Source: Fibrobacteria bacterium
GTDB lineage: Bacteria; Fibrobacterota; Fibrobacteria; UBA11236; JADFYW01
DNA: 64,000 nt
Reading direction: 5' to 3'
Assembly (NCBI GenBank): GCA_050294405.1
Contig: JBNKOC010000011.1
Span: forward strand, 32,001 to 96,000
Of the stretch, positions 29,028 to 39,490 are shown in pieces. The position numbers were made by a program, and so were the translations under genes. Within the stretch, counting starts at the first letter, position 1. Every line of letters starts with the position of its first letter. Below the pieces are notes generated by a model, which saw nothing but the letters and a program-made list of their open reading frames with translations, did no database searches and was not told where the DNA came from.

Positions 29028-29074
29028 AAAACGGGGCTTGGTTTTTAGGCCCTAACATAACCTGGCAACAAAAA

Positions 29075-29887
29075 CTATTCTGCAAGTCGCTCTATATACA
29101 TGCCCTGGGGAAGTTTAGATGTAGCCGAGGGTGCTAGTTGCTTTCCATTTATAGAATAGGCTTGGCTTTGGGAATTAAAAGAGCTGTTAATATGGTGAAG
29201 GAGCAGATTCCAGCCTTCTTTTTTCTTCATGGCAGCTTGCTTTTTATTATCAATACTTAGCGGGCTGTGGGCTATATTGAAAAACTCTTCAGAACTAACG
29301 GTAAATGGAGGGTAGGAACTGTGGGTAATTCCTTCGGAACCGATACGGATTCCGCCAGCCTCGGAACAAGCTTGGGCGGGGTAAATGCTGAGTTCTTCCA
29401 ACTCATCTAAGCCGTTTGAAAAATTAAGGAATTCCCAGCCGTCAATACTACTGTATCCGTAGTCGCAGCTATTTTCGAAATCATAAAATTTTCCCAAGGA
29501 TATATATTGGCCCTCTTCTAAATCTCCTTTTAAAACTTTGTCCACGCGAATAAATACACTATCGTAAACGGTGGCGTAAAAGCCGCCATTTGGATTAGGT
29601 CTATTGTTGTCGAGAAAATACCCTCTTTCCGTACCAATTACCGTGCCCTGGAAAACTTCGGCGGAAGAACTATATAAGTTTTCCAAATCTTCCAGGAGTT
29701 TAGTCTTATGCAGAGTATCAATTTGAACGAGGAGGTTCATTCCTTCGGGCCAGGAAATATTTCTTTCTACCACTCCTGGCTCTAATATGGTATAACTAGT
29801 GTCTGGGAAGGGCATACAGCTACAGGCAAAGGCTGATGTCATAAGCAAAAATTGAGAAGCTAAAGTAATCCACAATGCCTTAACCAT
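29075..29887 (-). CDS. Secreted protein with TIMP/NTR-like ACSC N-terminus and short sorting-like tail
   Basis: AFA-CSC, VFQGTV, later SCDY; YSINGK..LPQGMYI tail. Confidence 0.65.
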   Translation of the reverse strand: MVKALWITLASQFLLMTSAFACSCMPFPDTSYTILEPGVVERNISWPEGMNLLVQIDTLHKTKLLEDLENLYSSSAEVFQGTVIGTERGYFLDNNRPNPNGGFYATVYDSVFIRVDKVLKGDLEEGQYISLGKFYDFENSCDYGYSSIDGWEFLNFSNGLDELEELSIYPAQACSEAGGIRIGSEGITHSSYPPFTVSSEEFFNIAHSPLSIDNKKQAAMKKKEGWNLLLHHINSSFNSQSQAYSINGKQLAPSATSKLPQGMYIERLAE

Positions 29888-30140
29888 AATGCCCCCCTAA
29901 AATTAAAGTCAGCAATGTTGTAATACGGTTCTCTTTTAATTTAATCCAGGGAAGCGGCTAAAAGCATTCTACAATTTAAATTCTGTATTCTGCTGTTCTC
30001 TAAATGTGCATTGGGTTGCCATGTTTAATTTCACCTTAGGTGATGTGACATAACAGATGAGGTTAAGAACTAAGCTAAAACCAGTGGAAGATTTTAGGAC
30101 CAGCTTTTTGGAAATTGAATTGCCTGGAAGAGGAAGGAAA

Positions 30141-30458
30141 CTAGACTGAGGGGTTGCCTTCGGCGGCGTTTTCTTCGCTATTGATATGGGCTTTTAATTC
30201 TTTGCTAGCTTCAAAAACAGGCTTCAAACCGGCCTCTACCTGTACCAAATCACCAGTTCTGGGATTGCGGGCAATACGGGCTTTCTTCGCTTTCACTTTA
30301 AAACGGCCAAAACCTCTTATCTCTATATTTCTACCTGACTTAAGAGAATCAGCTATAGCGTCTAAAAAGCTCTCAACTACAATTTTAGTGTCCACCTGAG
30401 TGATGCCTGTTTGGCTGGCGATCACTTCCACCAGTTCTTTTTTTGTTACGTTGGCCAT
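30141..30458 (-). CDS. HU/IHF family DNA-binding protein
   Basis: TKKELV, IEIRGFGRF, ARNPRTG, P.F.ASKELK. Confidence 0.95.
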   Translation of the reverse strand: MANVTKKELVEVIASQTGITQVDTKIVVESFLDAIADSLKSGRNIEIRGFGRFKVKAKKARIARNPRTGDLVQVEAGLKPVFEASKELKAHINSEENAAEGNPSV

Positions 30459-30577
30459 AATATTTTAAGCTTACTGGGTTTTTGAAAAAAATCCACAGAA
30501 ATTCGATAAAAAATGAAGGAAAATTGTTGTAAGTCTTTAATAATAAATAGCTAGTATACTTTATTAAAACTTTTTTT

Positions 30578-31846
30578 TCAAGAAGTCCCGCTTAATTGCC
30601 GTAATTTATGAATTACGAGCTTGTGGGTGGGGTCTATTTGGAAGGCTCTTTGTAAGTATTCCTGGGCGCTGGACTTGTCGGAAAGATGTTCGTAGGCTGC
30701 GGCAATTTGAAGTAAGGTCTTTAAATCTTCAGGGTCCAAATCCAGCACAATATTAAAGTGAGGGATAGCTTCCTTAAACTGGTTGTTTCCGTTGAGAAGC
30801 ACGCCCACTCTGAAATTAGCCATTCGGTGCTGCGGATAAAATTCCAGGGCACTCTGATAACTTTCAAAAGCCTCGCGGCGATTCTCTTTTTGTTTGGTAT
30901 TGTTCTTTGAATTGTAGGAACGGGCCAAAAGCAATTCCCCTAAATTGTACCAGGTGTTAAAATCCTGGGGATTGAGATGCAAGGCCATGCGGTATTCTTT
31001 TTCGGCAAGCTTATCTTCATTTAAGTAATAATGCACCATGCCCATTTGGCCCCTTAGTTTTCCGTTGGCAGGATCTTCCTGGATGGCTTTTTTGAAAACG
31101 GATTTGGCATCGGCGTAGTTTCCTTCCAATTTGTGTTTGCGCCCCATCTGGTATAGAGCTGGCACATATTTTGGATTTTTATTAAGAGCTTTTTTCAAAT
31201 AGCGGGCGTTACCTGCCTGGCCTTGCCTGGACTCAATTTCCATCATACCCAGAGTGGTTAGAAGTTTAAGGTCATTGGGGTGCTGTTTTAAAAATTGTTC
31301 GCCAAGAGCCAAGGCGTTGTTCACCTGCCCCAGGCGATACATGGAATGAAGTTCAATGTCTTTTAAGTCCACAGATTCAGGATTTTCTTTAAGGGCTTCT
31401 CTGGCTTTTTCCAGGGAGCTTTCGTATTTGCCTAAGGCTAAGCTTATTTCGGCGGATTTTTGGGCAAACTCGGGATCGTTTTTGAAATATTTTTCAATTT
31501 GTTTTAAATGGGCGGAGCTACGGCTGTAGCTTCCTTTTTTTAAATACAATTCCATCAACTCCCTATGAGCATATAAATCCTCTGTAGGCGGGTAATTATC
31601 TCCTTCCCGGAACTGCGGGGAAAAATCAGATGAGGTCTCTCCGGCCTCAGTTTCTTCCAGTACTTGCGGGTCCATCTCCGCCATGATGTTATTCATCTCA
31701 GGTTCGGAGGGCACAGGGGGCGCCATTTTTAAGGTAAGCCAAAATAAGCCCACCATTAAGAGCCATACGGCAACAGCTCCCGAGCCCACAATAATGAGGG
31801 TTCGTTTTTCAACCTGAGACCAGAGGTTTTTTACTTTTTCCATCAT
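30578..31846 (-). CDS. Membrane-anchored TPR protein
   Basis: N-terminal TM then multiple TPR repeats. Confidence 0.85.
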   Translation of the reverse strand: MMEKVKNLWSQVEKRTLIIVGSGAVAVWLLMVGLFWLTLKMAPPVPSEPEMNNIMAEMDPQVLEETEAGETSSDFSPQFREGDNYPPTEDLYAHRELMELYLKKGSYSRSSAHLKQIEKYFKNDPEFAQKSAEISLALGKYESSLEKAREALKENPESVDLKDIELHSMYRLGQVNNALALGEQFLKQHPNDLKLLTTLGMMEIESRQGQAGNARYLKKALNKNPKYVPALYQMGRKHKLEGNYADAKSVFKKAIQEDPANGKLRGQMGMVHYYLNEDKLAEKEYRMALHLNPQDFNTWYNLGELLLARSYNSKNNTKQKENRREAFESYQSALEFYPQHRMANFRVGVLLNGNNQFKEAIPHFNIVLDLDPEDLKTLLQIAAAYEHLSDKSSAQEYLQRAFQIDPTHKLVIHKLRQLSGTS

Positions 31847-32086
31847 ATTTGGGAGTCCGATTTCTGTTTTTATTATCGGATAAATCCGGCGAGTTGTAAA
31901 TGAGAATCAGCGGGAAAATTAAAGTGTACCCCTTTGAATTGGGGCTAGAACCCGGGTATTTGCGATTTTACTTTTTACGCACTATAATTTTTAAGCTTTG
32001 GTTCATCCCCTGCACAAATTCACCCGCCCCATATCTGGTGGATCTAAAATTAAGTGAATGTCATAAAACTAAGTTAAATAAATATC

Positions 32087-32446
32087 TTATGACGTTATAA
32101 TATGAAGGAATTTATCTATGTCAAAAGGCTTGAGCAGGACGTGTAGCCTGTTATTTAAGTTTTGGCGTATGGGGATATTTTCTAGATATTCGCCCGTCAT
32201 TAAGATGAAACAATTTATGTCAGAATTGTTCTCTAACTCATAATAAAGATCTAGACCAAAACCGTCGGGCAATTGGTAATCCACCACTAAAACTTCAAAT
32301 TTTTCTTTTTGTAAATAGTTTTTGGCATCGGTTAAACTTGCCCCCAGCTGAACCTGGTAACCAATACTCTCGCAAAATATACCTATGGATTTTCGGATCC
32401 CCGGTTCATCATCAATGATTAAAATTTTTTTTAAGGATTGGGTCAT
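32087..32446 (-). CDS. Single-domain response regulator (receiver)
   Basis: ILIIDDE, VVDYQLPDG.G, ILMTG, KPF; start taken at MTQSLKK. Confidence 0.88.
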   Translation of the reverse strand: MTQSLKKILIIDDEPGIRKSIGIFCESIGYQVQLGASLTDAKNYLQKEKFEVLVVDYQLPDGFGLDLYYELENNSDINCFILMTGEYLENIPIRQNLNNRLHVLLKPFDIDKFLHIITS

Positions 32447-32590
32447 TTTAAGGGCTGGAAGTAAAAATGTGGAAAGCGGAAGCCCATTAGCAATATACAT
32501 AATTCGGTGGAGGGCAAATTATCAGAATAAGAATTCAAACATATTATGGGTGATGGTGCTTTAACTGCAGTGATTGTTTAAGTTAAGAAA

Positions 32591-32669
32591 GACCCAAGGT
32601 TTCAAGCTTTGCCAAAGTTTAAAAACGGCAAGCTAAGCAGGCTTTTGCCCTGGCTTGAAACTTAGGGTC
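32591..32669. other. 79-bp hairpin at the 3' end of the PKS-like operon (terminator or REP-like)
   Basis: GACCCAAGGTTTCAAGC / GCTTGAAACTTAGGGTC arms (15 of 17 complementary) with inner TTGCC/GGCAA stem. Confidence 0.55.
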
Positions 32670-32696
32670 GAGATGGTTTTTAGGCCATGGAGGGTT

Positions 32697-33374
32697 TTAG
32701 CTGCCCTGTTTTAAATCTCGCAACAGCTCTTTGGCTCCTGTGGCGGATTCGCCTTTTTCTTCAAAATCCAGTGCACGGTTGGCGTATTTTTCGGCCAGTT
32801 GGTTGTTGTTCTGCGCCTTTTCAACTTTGGCCACAGCTACAAAAATGGCTGCCTTGGCGCTGTTGGGGTAGGCGCCTTCATCCTTTGAAATTTCGGCTAA
32901 AAGCTGATCGCCCAATTTTTTGGCATTTTCCAGAGAACCGTTTCGCTTTACTTCTGCCCCCGTGTTAACGCTGATAAGTTTTACCGTGATGTTATTGGGT
33001 TCCATTTTTAAGGCTTTATCAATTTGCGCTAAACCTTTTTTTAATGTGCCTAATTTTCGAATTCCCATTAACCAGGGAAACATCTTTCCCGCCTTTTTGG
33101 TGTTGTTGGCTCCCAGCCAGGCTAAGGCTTCGGCGTTTTTAGGATCCGTGGAAACAGCCAACTCTAAAATATCTTGCGCCTCTTTAATTCGGTTGTGCAT
33201 AAAATACAATCTGCCCAAAGCGGTTCTGGCGTCGTTGTCACCCTCAGCAATTTGTTCTTTAAGCTCTGCTTCGTATGACATATTTTCTTTTGAAAACTCA
33301 ATTCTATCCAAGGAATCTCCATAACTAACATAGAGCAGACCCAATATTAAAAATTTAATTAAATGCATTTTCAT
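32697..33374 (-). CDS. Secreted TPR protein (cluster)
   Basis: Signal peptide, TPR helices, EALAWLG motif shared with 38850-39470. Confidence 0.75.
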   Translation of the reverse strand: MKMHLIKFLILGLLYVSYGDSLDRIEFSKENMSYEAELKEQIAEGDNDARTALGRLYFMHNRIKEAQDILELAVSTDPKNAEALAWLGANNTKKAGKMFPWLMGIRKLGTLKKGLAQIDKALKMEPNNITVKLISVNTGAEVKRNGSLENAKKLGDQLLAEISKDEGAYPNSAKAAIFVAVAKVEKAQNNNQLAEKYANRALDFEEKGESATGAKELLRDLKQGS

Positions 33375-33387
33375 TTTCTTCTCCTTT

Positions 33388-34665
33388 TTAAAGAAAAATT
33401 TGTAGGCTAAGGTTTATTTGATGTTCAAATGGAATCAATCCGGATTCCCCAAGGGAATCCATGTTGTAATATTCAAATGAAGCTTTTAAATTTGCAGCCT
33501 GATGAAAAGGAACATTTATGTATGTACCCAACAAAAAGTCCCCCCATTCTTCTAAGGCAAATCGGGCTGTAACATTTAAGTCAAAATTTTTAAATAAGTT
33601 TGGTTGGGCTAAGCGAAATGAAAAATAATGCTGACGTAAAAACCCAGGAAGATAATTTGCTGTTCTTAAAAAACCAATGTGAGCCTCTCCAGCTATTGGG
33701 TCCTGGCTATTTTTATGGCTGGATTTGGCAGCCGCAAATAGTCGATTCATTTCGGAAGTGCTAAATCCTAGTTGGTTATAATAATACTCCAATAGCAAAT
33801 TGGTTTGAGCACCAAGCGTATATTGTGAACCTAATAAAAACTGTAAAACATGTTGCTTGTTGCTATCGCTTAACTGATAAATATTGTATGGCTCTGGAGC
33901 GTTATTGGATGTTATGCTTATTTTTTCCTTTTGGTAATAATAGGCGGCTTCCCCGTGCACTTCCATCCGTTTGCTAAGAGTGGAGGAAAGTGTGGAAGCT
34001 AAAAACGATTCATTGTTAATTAATCCAAATATCCCTGTTATTTCGGCGCTACTGAAAAAATAAGTTTGGCGGCTGATAAATTGATGATTCTTTACAGTCT
34101 TTCTAAGAGCTAATTCCTCCTTATCCTCCCAGTACCAAAAGTAAGAATGGCTGTAGTTCTCAAATGAGTTCTCGAATCCCGCATTCCAATAGGGTTTAAT
34201 TCTATAGCTAAAGGCCCTATCGCTGTTATTTTGTTCTCTGTCAGCAAGGGGGTTTGATGGGTTCCAAAAATACCCGGAACCCCATTGAGGCCTTTTAAGC
34301 CCCCCGTACAATCCCATTGAAGATAGGGGATGGGTTTCTACCATTGCCTCGGACCAACGGTAATTTTTTAAGCTGTAATCAGAAAAATTACTGGTTGAAT
34401 ATAGCCATAAATTGGCGGAAACAAAAAACTTCCAGATATCAAAAGACGGCCTTAATTGGATACTTGCTGTTGAGTAATGGGAATCAATATTTACATATTT
34501 TTCATTCGGGTTTATAAGGGATTTGTCATTGGGTTGTGAAAGCATATATCTGGATTCAATTAACATAGGCATATCCACAGATACAATCTCATAACCAAGA
34601 GTGAATTGAACGGACAGGTAGACGAAAAAAACTCTTATTAAATGTTTGAATAAAAAAAGCATCAT
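33388..34665 (-). CDS. Putative outer-membrane beta-barrel protein (cluster)
   Basis: Signal peptide, WGSGYFWNP, LEYYYN, alternating aromatic strands, C-terminal LQIFL. Confidence 0.7.
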   Translation of the reverse strand: MMLFLFKHLIRVFFVYLSVQFTLGYEIVSVDMPMLIESRYMLSQPNDKSLINPNEKYVNIDSHYSTASIQLRPSFDIWKFFVSANLWLYSTSNFSDYSLKNYRWSEAMVETHPLSSMGLYGGLKRPQWGSGYFWNPSNPLADREQNNSDRAFSYRIKPYWNAGFENSFENYSHSYFWYWEDKEELALRKTVKNHQFISRQTYFFSSAEITGIFGLINNESFLASTLSSTLSKRMEVHGEAAYYYQKEKISITSNNAPEPYNIYQLSDSNKQHVLQFLLGSQYTLGAQTNLLLEYYYNQLGFSTSEMNRLFAAAKSSHKNSQDPIAGEAHIGFLRTANYLPGFLRQHYFSFRLAQPNLFKNFDLNVTARFALEEWGDFLLGTYINVPFHQAANLKASFEYYNMDSLGESGLIPFEHQINLSLQIFL

Positions 34666-35429
34666 TTAAATCTTTTTAAGTAATTGGGTTGGAAGTGATT
34701 TGCAGGGATATCTTCTACCTTAAATCCGCTAAAAGAAATAATGGTTTTTTTATCGCTATTTTCCGAGTTTGCAATTTCCACAGCGCTTAATTGCAATTTA
34801 CCATTTAAACTATTCAGCTTTTCATAGGATTTGTAATGGGCTATTTTTAATTTTTTTCCCGAGGGTGCAAAAAATACGGCCTTAATCGGTTTAGAATTGT
34901 CTTTGCGAACATAGTAATGCAACTTTTTGTAGGCGGCAAAACTTTTGTCTTTGGCAATTAGCTCCAAAACATGGCAATCTGTTCCTTCTAGGTTATCTTC
35001 TTTTAAGTATGTCGCATTATAATCTCCAGAAAAATCAGTGTTGGCCACATCACCGTTAGAAGCTTCTCCCACAAGCCGTTGTTGAGGCGTAATTCTCAAG
35101 GGCTTACTGGTCCTGGGCGTGTGAAACCACATGTTTTTTTCATTCATTAATATGGCCTTGTTTTTATCGCGTGCTGGGGAACTATATACCAAAAGGAGTT
35201 TATGAGAATTCAATTGTTGAGCCTCAAGTACATATTCATTTTTTATTTTTTCGCCATCCATGTTCTTAATTTTTACCTGGTAGCTAAAGGGCTTGCCCCG
35301 AAAATTCCTATAAGTTTCGGCTTCTTTTAAAATAGCGGTCGCGTCCAAAGCGCTGGCCGCGCCAAAGTTGGTTAAAAGTAAGAATTGAATAAAACAGATT
35401 TTAATTATATCCATCATGGTGTTTTTCAA
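34662..35429 (-). CDS. Outer-membrane lipoprotein-sorting (LolA-like) protein
   Basis: P.RITPQQRL.G.ASNGD, C.VLEL.AK..Y. Confidence 0.85.
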   Translation of the reverse strand: MKNTMMDIIKICFIQFLLLTNFGAASALDATAILKEAETYRNFRGKPFSYQVKIKNMDGEKIKNEYVLEAQQLNSHKLLLVYSSPARDKNKAILMNEKNMWFHTPRTSKPLRITPQQRLVGEASNGDVANTDFSGDYNATYLKEDNLEGTDCHVLELIAKDKSFAAYKKLHYYVRKDNSKPIKAVFFAPSGKKLKIAHYKSYEKLNSLNGKLQLSAVEIANSENSDKKTIISFSGFKVEDIPANHFQPNYLKRFK

Positions 35430-35443
35430 AATACTCCTCCTAT

Positions 35444-36670
35444 TTAAACATGCCTTAAGGCATCCACAATTTCTTTTTTCGATGCTTTTCTGCTGGGGAA
35501 ATAGCTGGATATAAAAGAAACAGCTAAAATCATTAAGCCACTAGTAAAGCATATGTATGGAACAAATACAATTCGAAGAGGGTATCCTTTGGAAGAACCG
35601 GGGGGAGGGGGCATCATTATTTCCATGCCATTTACAATAGAGGAAATAAGGTAAGCCAACCCAACTCCTAATAAACATCCCAGGAGACCTACAAGCAGTC
35701 CTTCAATTATAAATAGCCAAACAATATTTTTTTGTCTGGTGCCAAGAGCCCTTAATACGCCTATTTCGGTAATTCTATCCATCACGGACATCATCATGGT
35801 ATTGGTTACGCCAAACAAAATTACAATGACAACAATTATGTTTATCACAATAAAAAAACTATCATATAGGCTAACTACTTTATGGTAAAAAGTGGCTAGC
35901 TGATCCCAGGTTTTTGTTTCAATTTGTATTCCTTTGGCTTTAGCTTCTTCCGACAAAAAGCCCAGAAAACCGCCCACATTTTTAGTTTCGTCGAGTAATA
36001 TGGCAACATGATCAATAGATTGGGAATTCAGCAAAATATTGGCATATTCTAACGTCATAAACATGGCCCTATCATCATATTCCTTTGCAAAAGAGCGAAA
36101 TATTCCCGAGACCTCAACATCCACTCCATTCATCATTCCATCGGATGTGGTCGCCATAATGGAAAGACGGCTTCCCGGTTTGGCATTCAGAGCTTGGGCC
36201 AAGCCTTCTCCTAACATCACTCTGTCGGGCTCGTCTTCGCTTAAATCTGTTCCGTCAATAATAGTCAGAGAAGAGTTTATTAAATTTTCAGCATCCGGGT
36301 CGACTCCCCGAATAATGGCTGCCTGGCTGATTTGATCATTTCCCACAAGTCCTGTTATTTCAACTCTTCTGCTATATAAATCCACATGAGGAGCGAATTC
36401 CAATATTTCCAATATTTCAGATGTATTGTCTTTATTAATCCTGTATTTATCTGGTTCCTGCCTATGGTTTTCGTTATATCCTTTTTTGTATATCTGCAAA
36501 TGTCCATATTGCCCTCTGATTACAGACTCTCGCAACCCGATGTAATTTGCTTCGAAAAAGCCTCCGCTAAGAACAATGCTGCAAACGCCTGTGATTATAG
36601 TAAGGAAAGTGACAATGCTTCGGCGTTTATGCCTTAGAATATTTCTCCATGCAATTTTTATGGCTTTCAT
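35444..36670 (-). CDS. ABC transporter permease, LolC/E-FtsX family
   Basis: AWRNILRHKRRS, NTMMMSVMDR..EIG.LRALG. Confidence 0.9.
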   Translation of the reverse strand: MKAIKIAWRNILRHKRRSIVTFLTIITGVCSIVLSGGFFEANYIGLRESVIRGQYGHLQIYKKGYNENHRQEPDKYRINKDNTSEILEILEFAPHVDLYSRRVEITGLVGNDQISQAAIIRGVDPDAENLINSSLTIIDGTDLSEDEPDRVMLGEGLAQALNAKPGSRLSIMATTSDGMMNGVDVEVSGIFRSFAKEYDDRAMFMTLEYANILLNSQSIDHVAILLDETKNVGGFLGFLSEEAKAKGIQIETKTWDQLATFYHKVVSLYDSFFIVINIIVVIVILFGVTNTMMMSVMDRITEIGVLRALGTRQKNIVWLFIIEGLLVGLLGCLLGVGLAYLISSIVNGMEIMMPPPPGSSKGYPLRIVFVPYICFTSGLMILAVSFISSYFPSRKASKKEIVDALRHV

Positions 36671-37359
36671 GCAAATACCTCCACTTTTTCCATTTGAGAT
36701 ACTTTTCCATCTGTTAAGAAAATGGTGCGGGTGCCGCTATTTAACAGTTGTTCATTATGAGTGCAAATAATTAAGGTTGTTCCTTTTTTCTCTGTTAAAG
36801 AAAACATTAGTTCTGTAATTCTGGACCCTGTGGTGGAATCAAGATTAGCAGTGGGCTCGTCCGCGATTAATAATTTGCCTTCTGTAACCATGGCTCTGGC
36901 AATAGCTACTCTTTGCCTTTGTCCGCCACTTAATTCATTGGGGTAGTGCTTAGCGTATTCTTCAAGGCCAACTTCTTTTAGAATGGACATTACCCTGTCC
37001 CTTCGGTTCTGTTTTTTGCATAAAAGCAGGGGATACTCCACATTTTCATAGGCATTCAGCACCGGCACTAAATTGAAATTTTGAAATACAAAGCCAATGT
37101 TATTTGCCCTAAAATCCGAAAGCTGGTTGTCGTCAGATGTGAAAATATTTTTATTAAACATTGTTACCATTCCGCTTGTCGGTCTGTCCAAACATCCCAA
37201 AATATGTAGTAAGGTGGATTTTCCGCTTCCAGAGGGGCCTCCTAGCATTAATTGCTCTCCTTCTTTAACTTTTAGGCTAACATTCCTAAGCGCTTCCACT
37301 TTGGTTTTGCCTAACATATATGTTTTGACCAGATTGTTGGCCTCAATTAAATAATTCAT
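36667..37359 (-). CDS. ABC transporter ATP-binding protein, LolD/MacB family
   Basis: GPSGSGKST, LSGGQRQRVAIARA, ADEPTANLD. Confidence 0.95.
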   Translation of the reverse strand: MNYLIEANNLVKTYMLGKTKVEALRNVSLKVKEGEQLMLGGPSGSGKSTLLHILGCLDRPTSGMVTMFNKNIFTSDDNQLSDFRANNIGFVFQNFNLVPVLNAYENVEYPLLLCKKQNRRDRVMSILKEVGLEEYAKHYPNELSGGQRQRVAIARAMVTEGKLLIADEPTANLDSTTGSRITELMFSLTEKKGTTLIICTHNEQLLNSGTRTIFLTDGKVSQMEKVEVFA

Positions 37360-37381
37360 GTAACCCTCTGCTATATAAAAT

Positions 37382-38059
37382 TCACATAAATGCGCCGCTA
37401 TCTACTCTTAGCAATTCGCCATTTATATATGATTCTTTTCTCAAAAACAATTCCGCCGCATTGGCAATATTTTGAATTGTGCCTATTCCATTAATATTAA
37501 AATGTTTAAGGATATTAACCTGATTGTCGCTTAGTTTCATATTACGGACTCCCTCTATTAATCCATAACAAATCATATTAACTTGTATGTTATATGCGCT
37601 TAATTCTTTGGCCAAACTTTTTACAAAACCTTTAACAGCCCCGGAAAAAAGGCTGTTGGGAAGATTTTGATACCTTCCGGGCACTCCAACGATGTCGCAA
37701 ACGGCCAAAATATTTCCCTTGGATTTGTTTTTAACCAATGTTTTGGCGAATAATTGGACTGATGCTAAAAAGGCGGTTAATTGATAGTTAACAGGCCCAA
37801 ATAGGTCGTTTTCAACGTCAATGTTATTTGATTGTTCTGAAAAGATTTTATCCATAAAAACCAGGCAATCAGGAATTGCTAATTCATTTTTCGCATTTTG
37901 AAATTCCACAGACATCCATTTGCTTATTGTCCCGGATAATTGATTTTTCTGAGGCAAATCGCTAAAATAAACTGAGTGTCCCTGATTTATTAATTCCTTG
38001 CATAAACTTTCTCCATAAGGCGTACCGCCAATGGCCCATATGTTATTTTTTAGCTCCAA
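37382..38059 (-). CDS. Degenerate SDR-fold protein (likely non-catalytic)
   Basis: SDR C-terminus (KSLAKEL..NIQVN.I..G, YINGE.L.VDSG) but no GxxxGxG or YxxxK. Confidence 0.7.
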   Translation of the reverse strand: MELKNNIWAIGGTPYGESLCKELINQGHSVYFSDLPQKNQLSGTISKWMSVEFQNAKNELAIPDCLVFMDKIFSEQSNNIDVENDLFGPVNYQLTAFLASVQLFAKTLVKNKSKGNILAVCDIVGVPGRYQNLPNSLFSGAVKGFVKSLAKELSAYNIQVNMICYGLIEGVRNMKLSDNQVNILKHFNINGIGTIQNIANAAELFLRKESYINGELLRVDSGAFM

Positions 38060-38850
38060 GTAACGAGACCTCCGCTAATATTAACTCCAGTCCCAACCAT
38101 ATATTGGGCCATTGGACTTGCTAACATAAGCAATGGACCTAAGACATCCGTGGGCTCACATAACCGGCTTGCGGGGGTGTTTTCGATGAGCACTTTTTTA
38201 ACTCTTTCCTTCATTTCATCACTAAGGCCGCCTGAAAATATTTGAGGGGTTAAATAATTTATTCTGACATTATGCGGTGCATATTCCCGAGCTACAGATT
38301 TTAAGTAGGAATGTACCGCAGATTTAGCTGCGCCATATAACGCCCGCATAGGTTGGCCAACTTCCCCAGTGATAGAAGACACTACCACCACATTTCCCTT
38401 TTTATTTTCTTTCATGATTGGCAAAATGAATTCGCATAAGTTAATGACCGGCATTAAGTTTTGTCTTAAACTATGCTCTACATCTTTTTCTCCGTAAAAG
38501 AAAAATGATTTATCAATAGCATTTCCCACACATATAATTAACGCGTCCAATGGTGGATGCTCAGATAAAAGCGCTTCAAGTTTGGTTCTGGATTCCGCTC
38601 CGTGGCTTAAATCCGCTTGGAACAAGGTCGGTGTAATGTACCCAGAGTCTAATCCGTCCTCGTTAAAAATACTTTCAAGAACACTTGAGTTTTTATGAAA
38701 ATGAAGGATACAATTTGAGTGAAACCCACAAAATAATTTTGATACCTCGACCCCAATACTGCTACTGGCACCGGCAATAAATATGTTTTTATTTTCGAAC
38801 AGGGGTTGGAACCCTGAAAACATATTCGTGGTTGATGAATATGCGAGCAT
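38050..38850 (-). CDS. SDR oxidoreductase (FabG-like, possible enoyl- or keto-reductase)
   Basis: GASSSIG, VVSS, YGAAK, AREYA...VRIN. Confidence 0.85.
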   Translation of the reverse strand: MLAYSSTTNMFSGFQPLFENKNIFIAGASSSIGVEVSKLFCGFHSNCILHFHKNSSVLESIFNEDGLDSGYITPTLFQADLSHGAESRTKLEALLSEHPPLDALIICVGNAIDKSFFFYGEKDVEHSLRQNLMPVINLCEFILPIMKENKKGNVVVVSSITGEVGQPMRALYGAAKSAVHSYLKSVAREYAPHNVRINYLTPQIFSGGLSDEMKERVKKVLIENTPASRLCEPTDVLGPLLMLASPMAQYMVGTGVNISGGLVTWS

Positions 38851-39470
38851 TAAAGGTCCTTATTTGCATGTAATGATTTAGCGCGGGATAAAGCTTCGGC
38901 GGCTTCTTCTGCGCGGCCCTTGATACAAGATTCAGTTTTACAGGCATTTACAACATATTCGAAATCCTCAACACCAAATCTTCCCCTTTCTAAAAATGCT
39001 GGCAGGGTAATGCTATTGTATCCTCTGATAAATCGAATTGGAATATTAGTGGGGTTTTTCTTTACAGCTTGGTCCATTTTTTTTGTCCCAAGTTTAACGT
39101 AATATGTTTGTTTCCCAGGATTTTTTTCGTAATCAGCTTGCATAGTAATCAGGCTGCCATACCATGCCAGAGCTTCGTAATCTGTTTTGTTGTTTTTTAA
39201 ATAATTTTTAAAAACTCCAATTCCTTCTTCTACTAATTCCTTTTTGATTTTTTTTTCATTTAAGATATGCAGCGCAATTCCGAGTTCTTTTAGATCTTTA
39301 TCGCTGGCATTACTTTTTTCTGCTGCTTTCCTTAATTGCGGCAGTTTTGCTTCAAGCTGAGATTCTTCAAGCTTTACCAGCTCTATAGAATAATCCTCTC
39401 CCCAAATCGGGAGTTGAAAAACGATTGTGTTAATTAAAAAAATTAATGCGCTTTTTTTTACAGATAGCAT
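38850..39470 (-). CDS. Secreted TPR-like protein (cluster)
   Basis: Signal peptide, EALAWYG..MDQAV..NPTNI.IRF. Confidence 0.7.
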   Translation of the reverse strand: MLSVKKSALIFLINTIVFQLPIWGEDYSIELVKLEESQLEAKLPQLRKAAEKSNASDKDLKELGIALHILNEKKIKKELVEEGIGVFKNYLKNNKTDYEALAWYGSLITMQADYEKNPGKQTYYVKLGTKKMDQAVKKNPTNIPIRFIRGYNSITLPAFLERGRFGVEDFEYVVNACKTESCIKGRAEEAAEALSRAKSLHANKDL

Positions 39471-39490
39471 GTTTCCTCCTTATTTATTTA

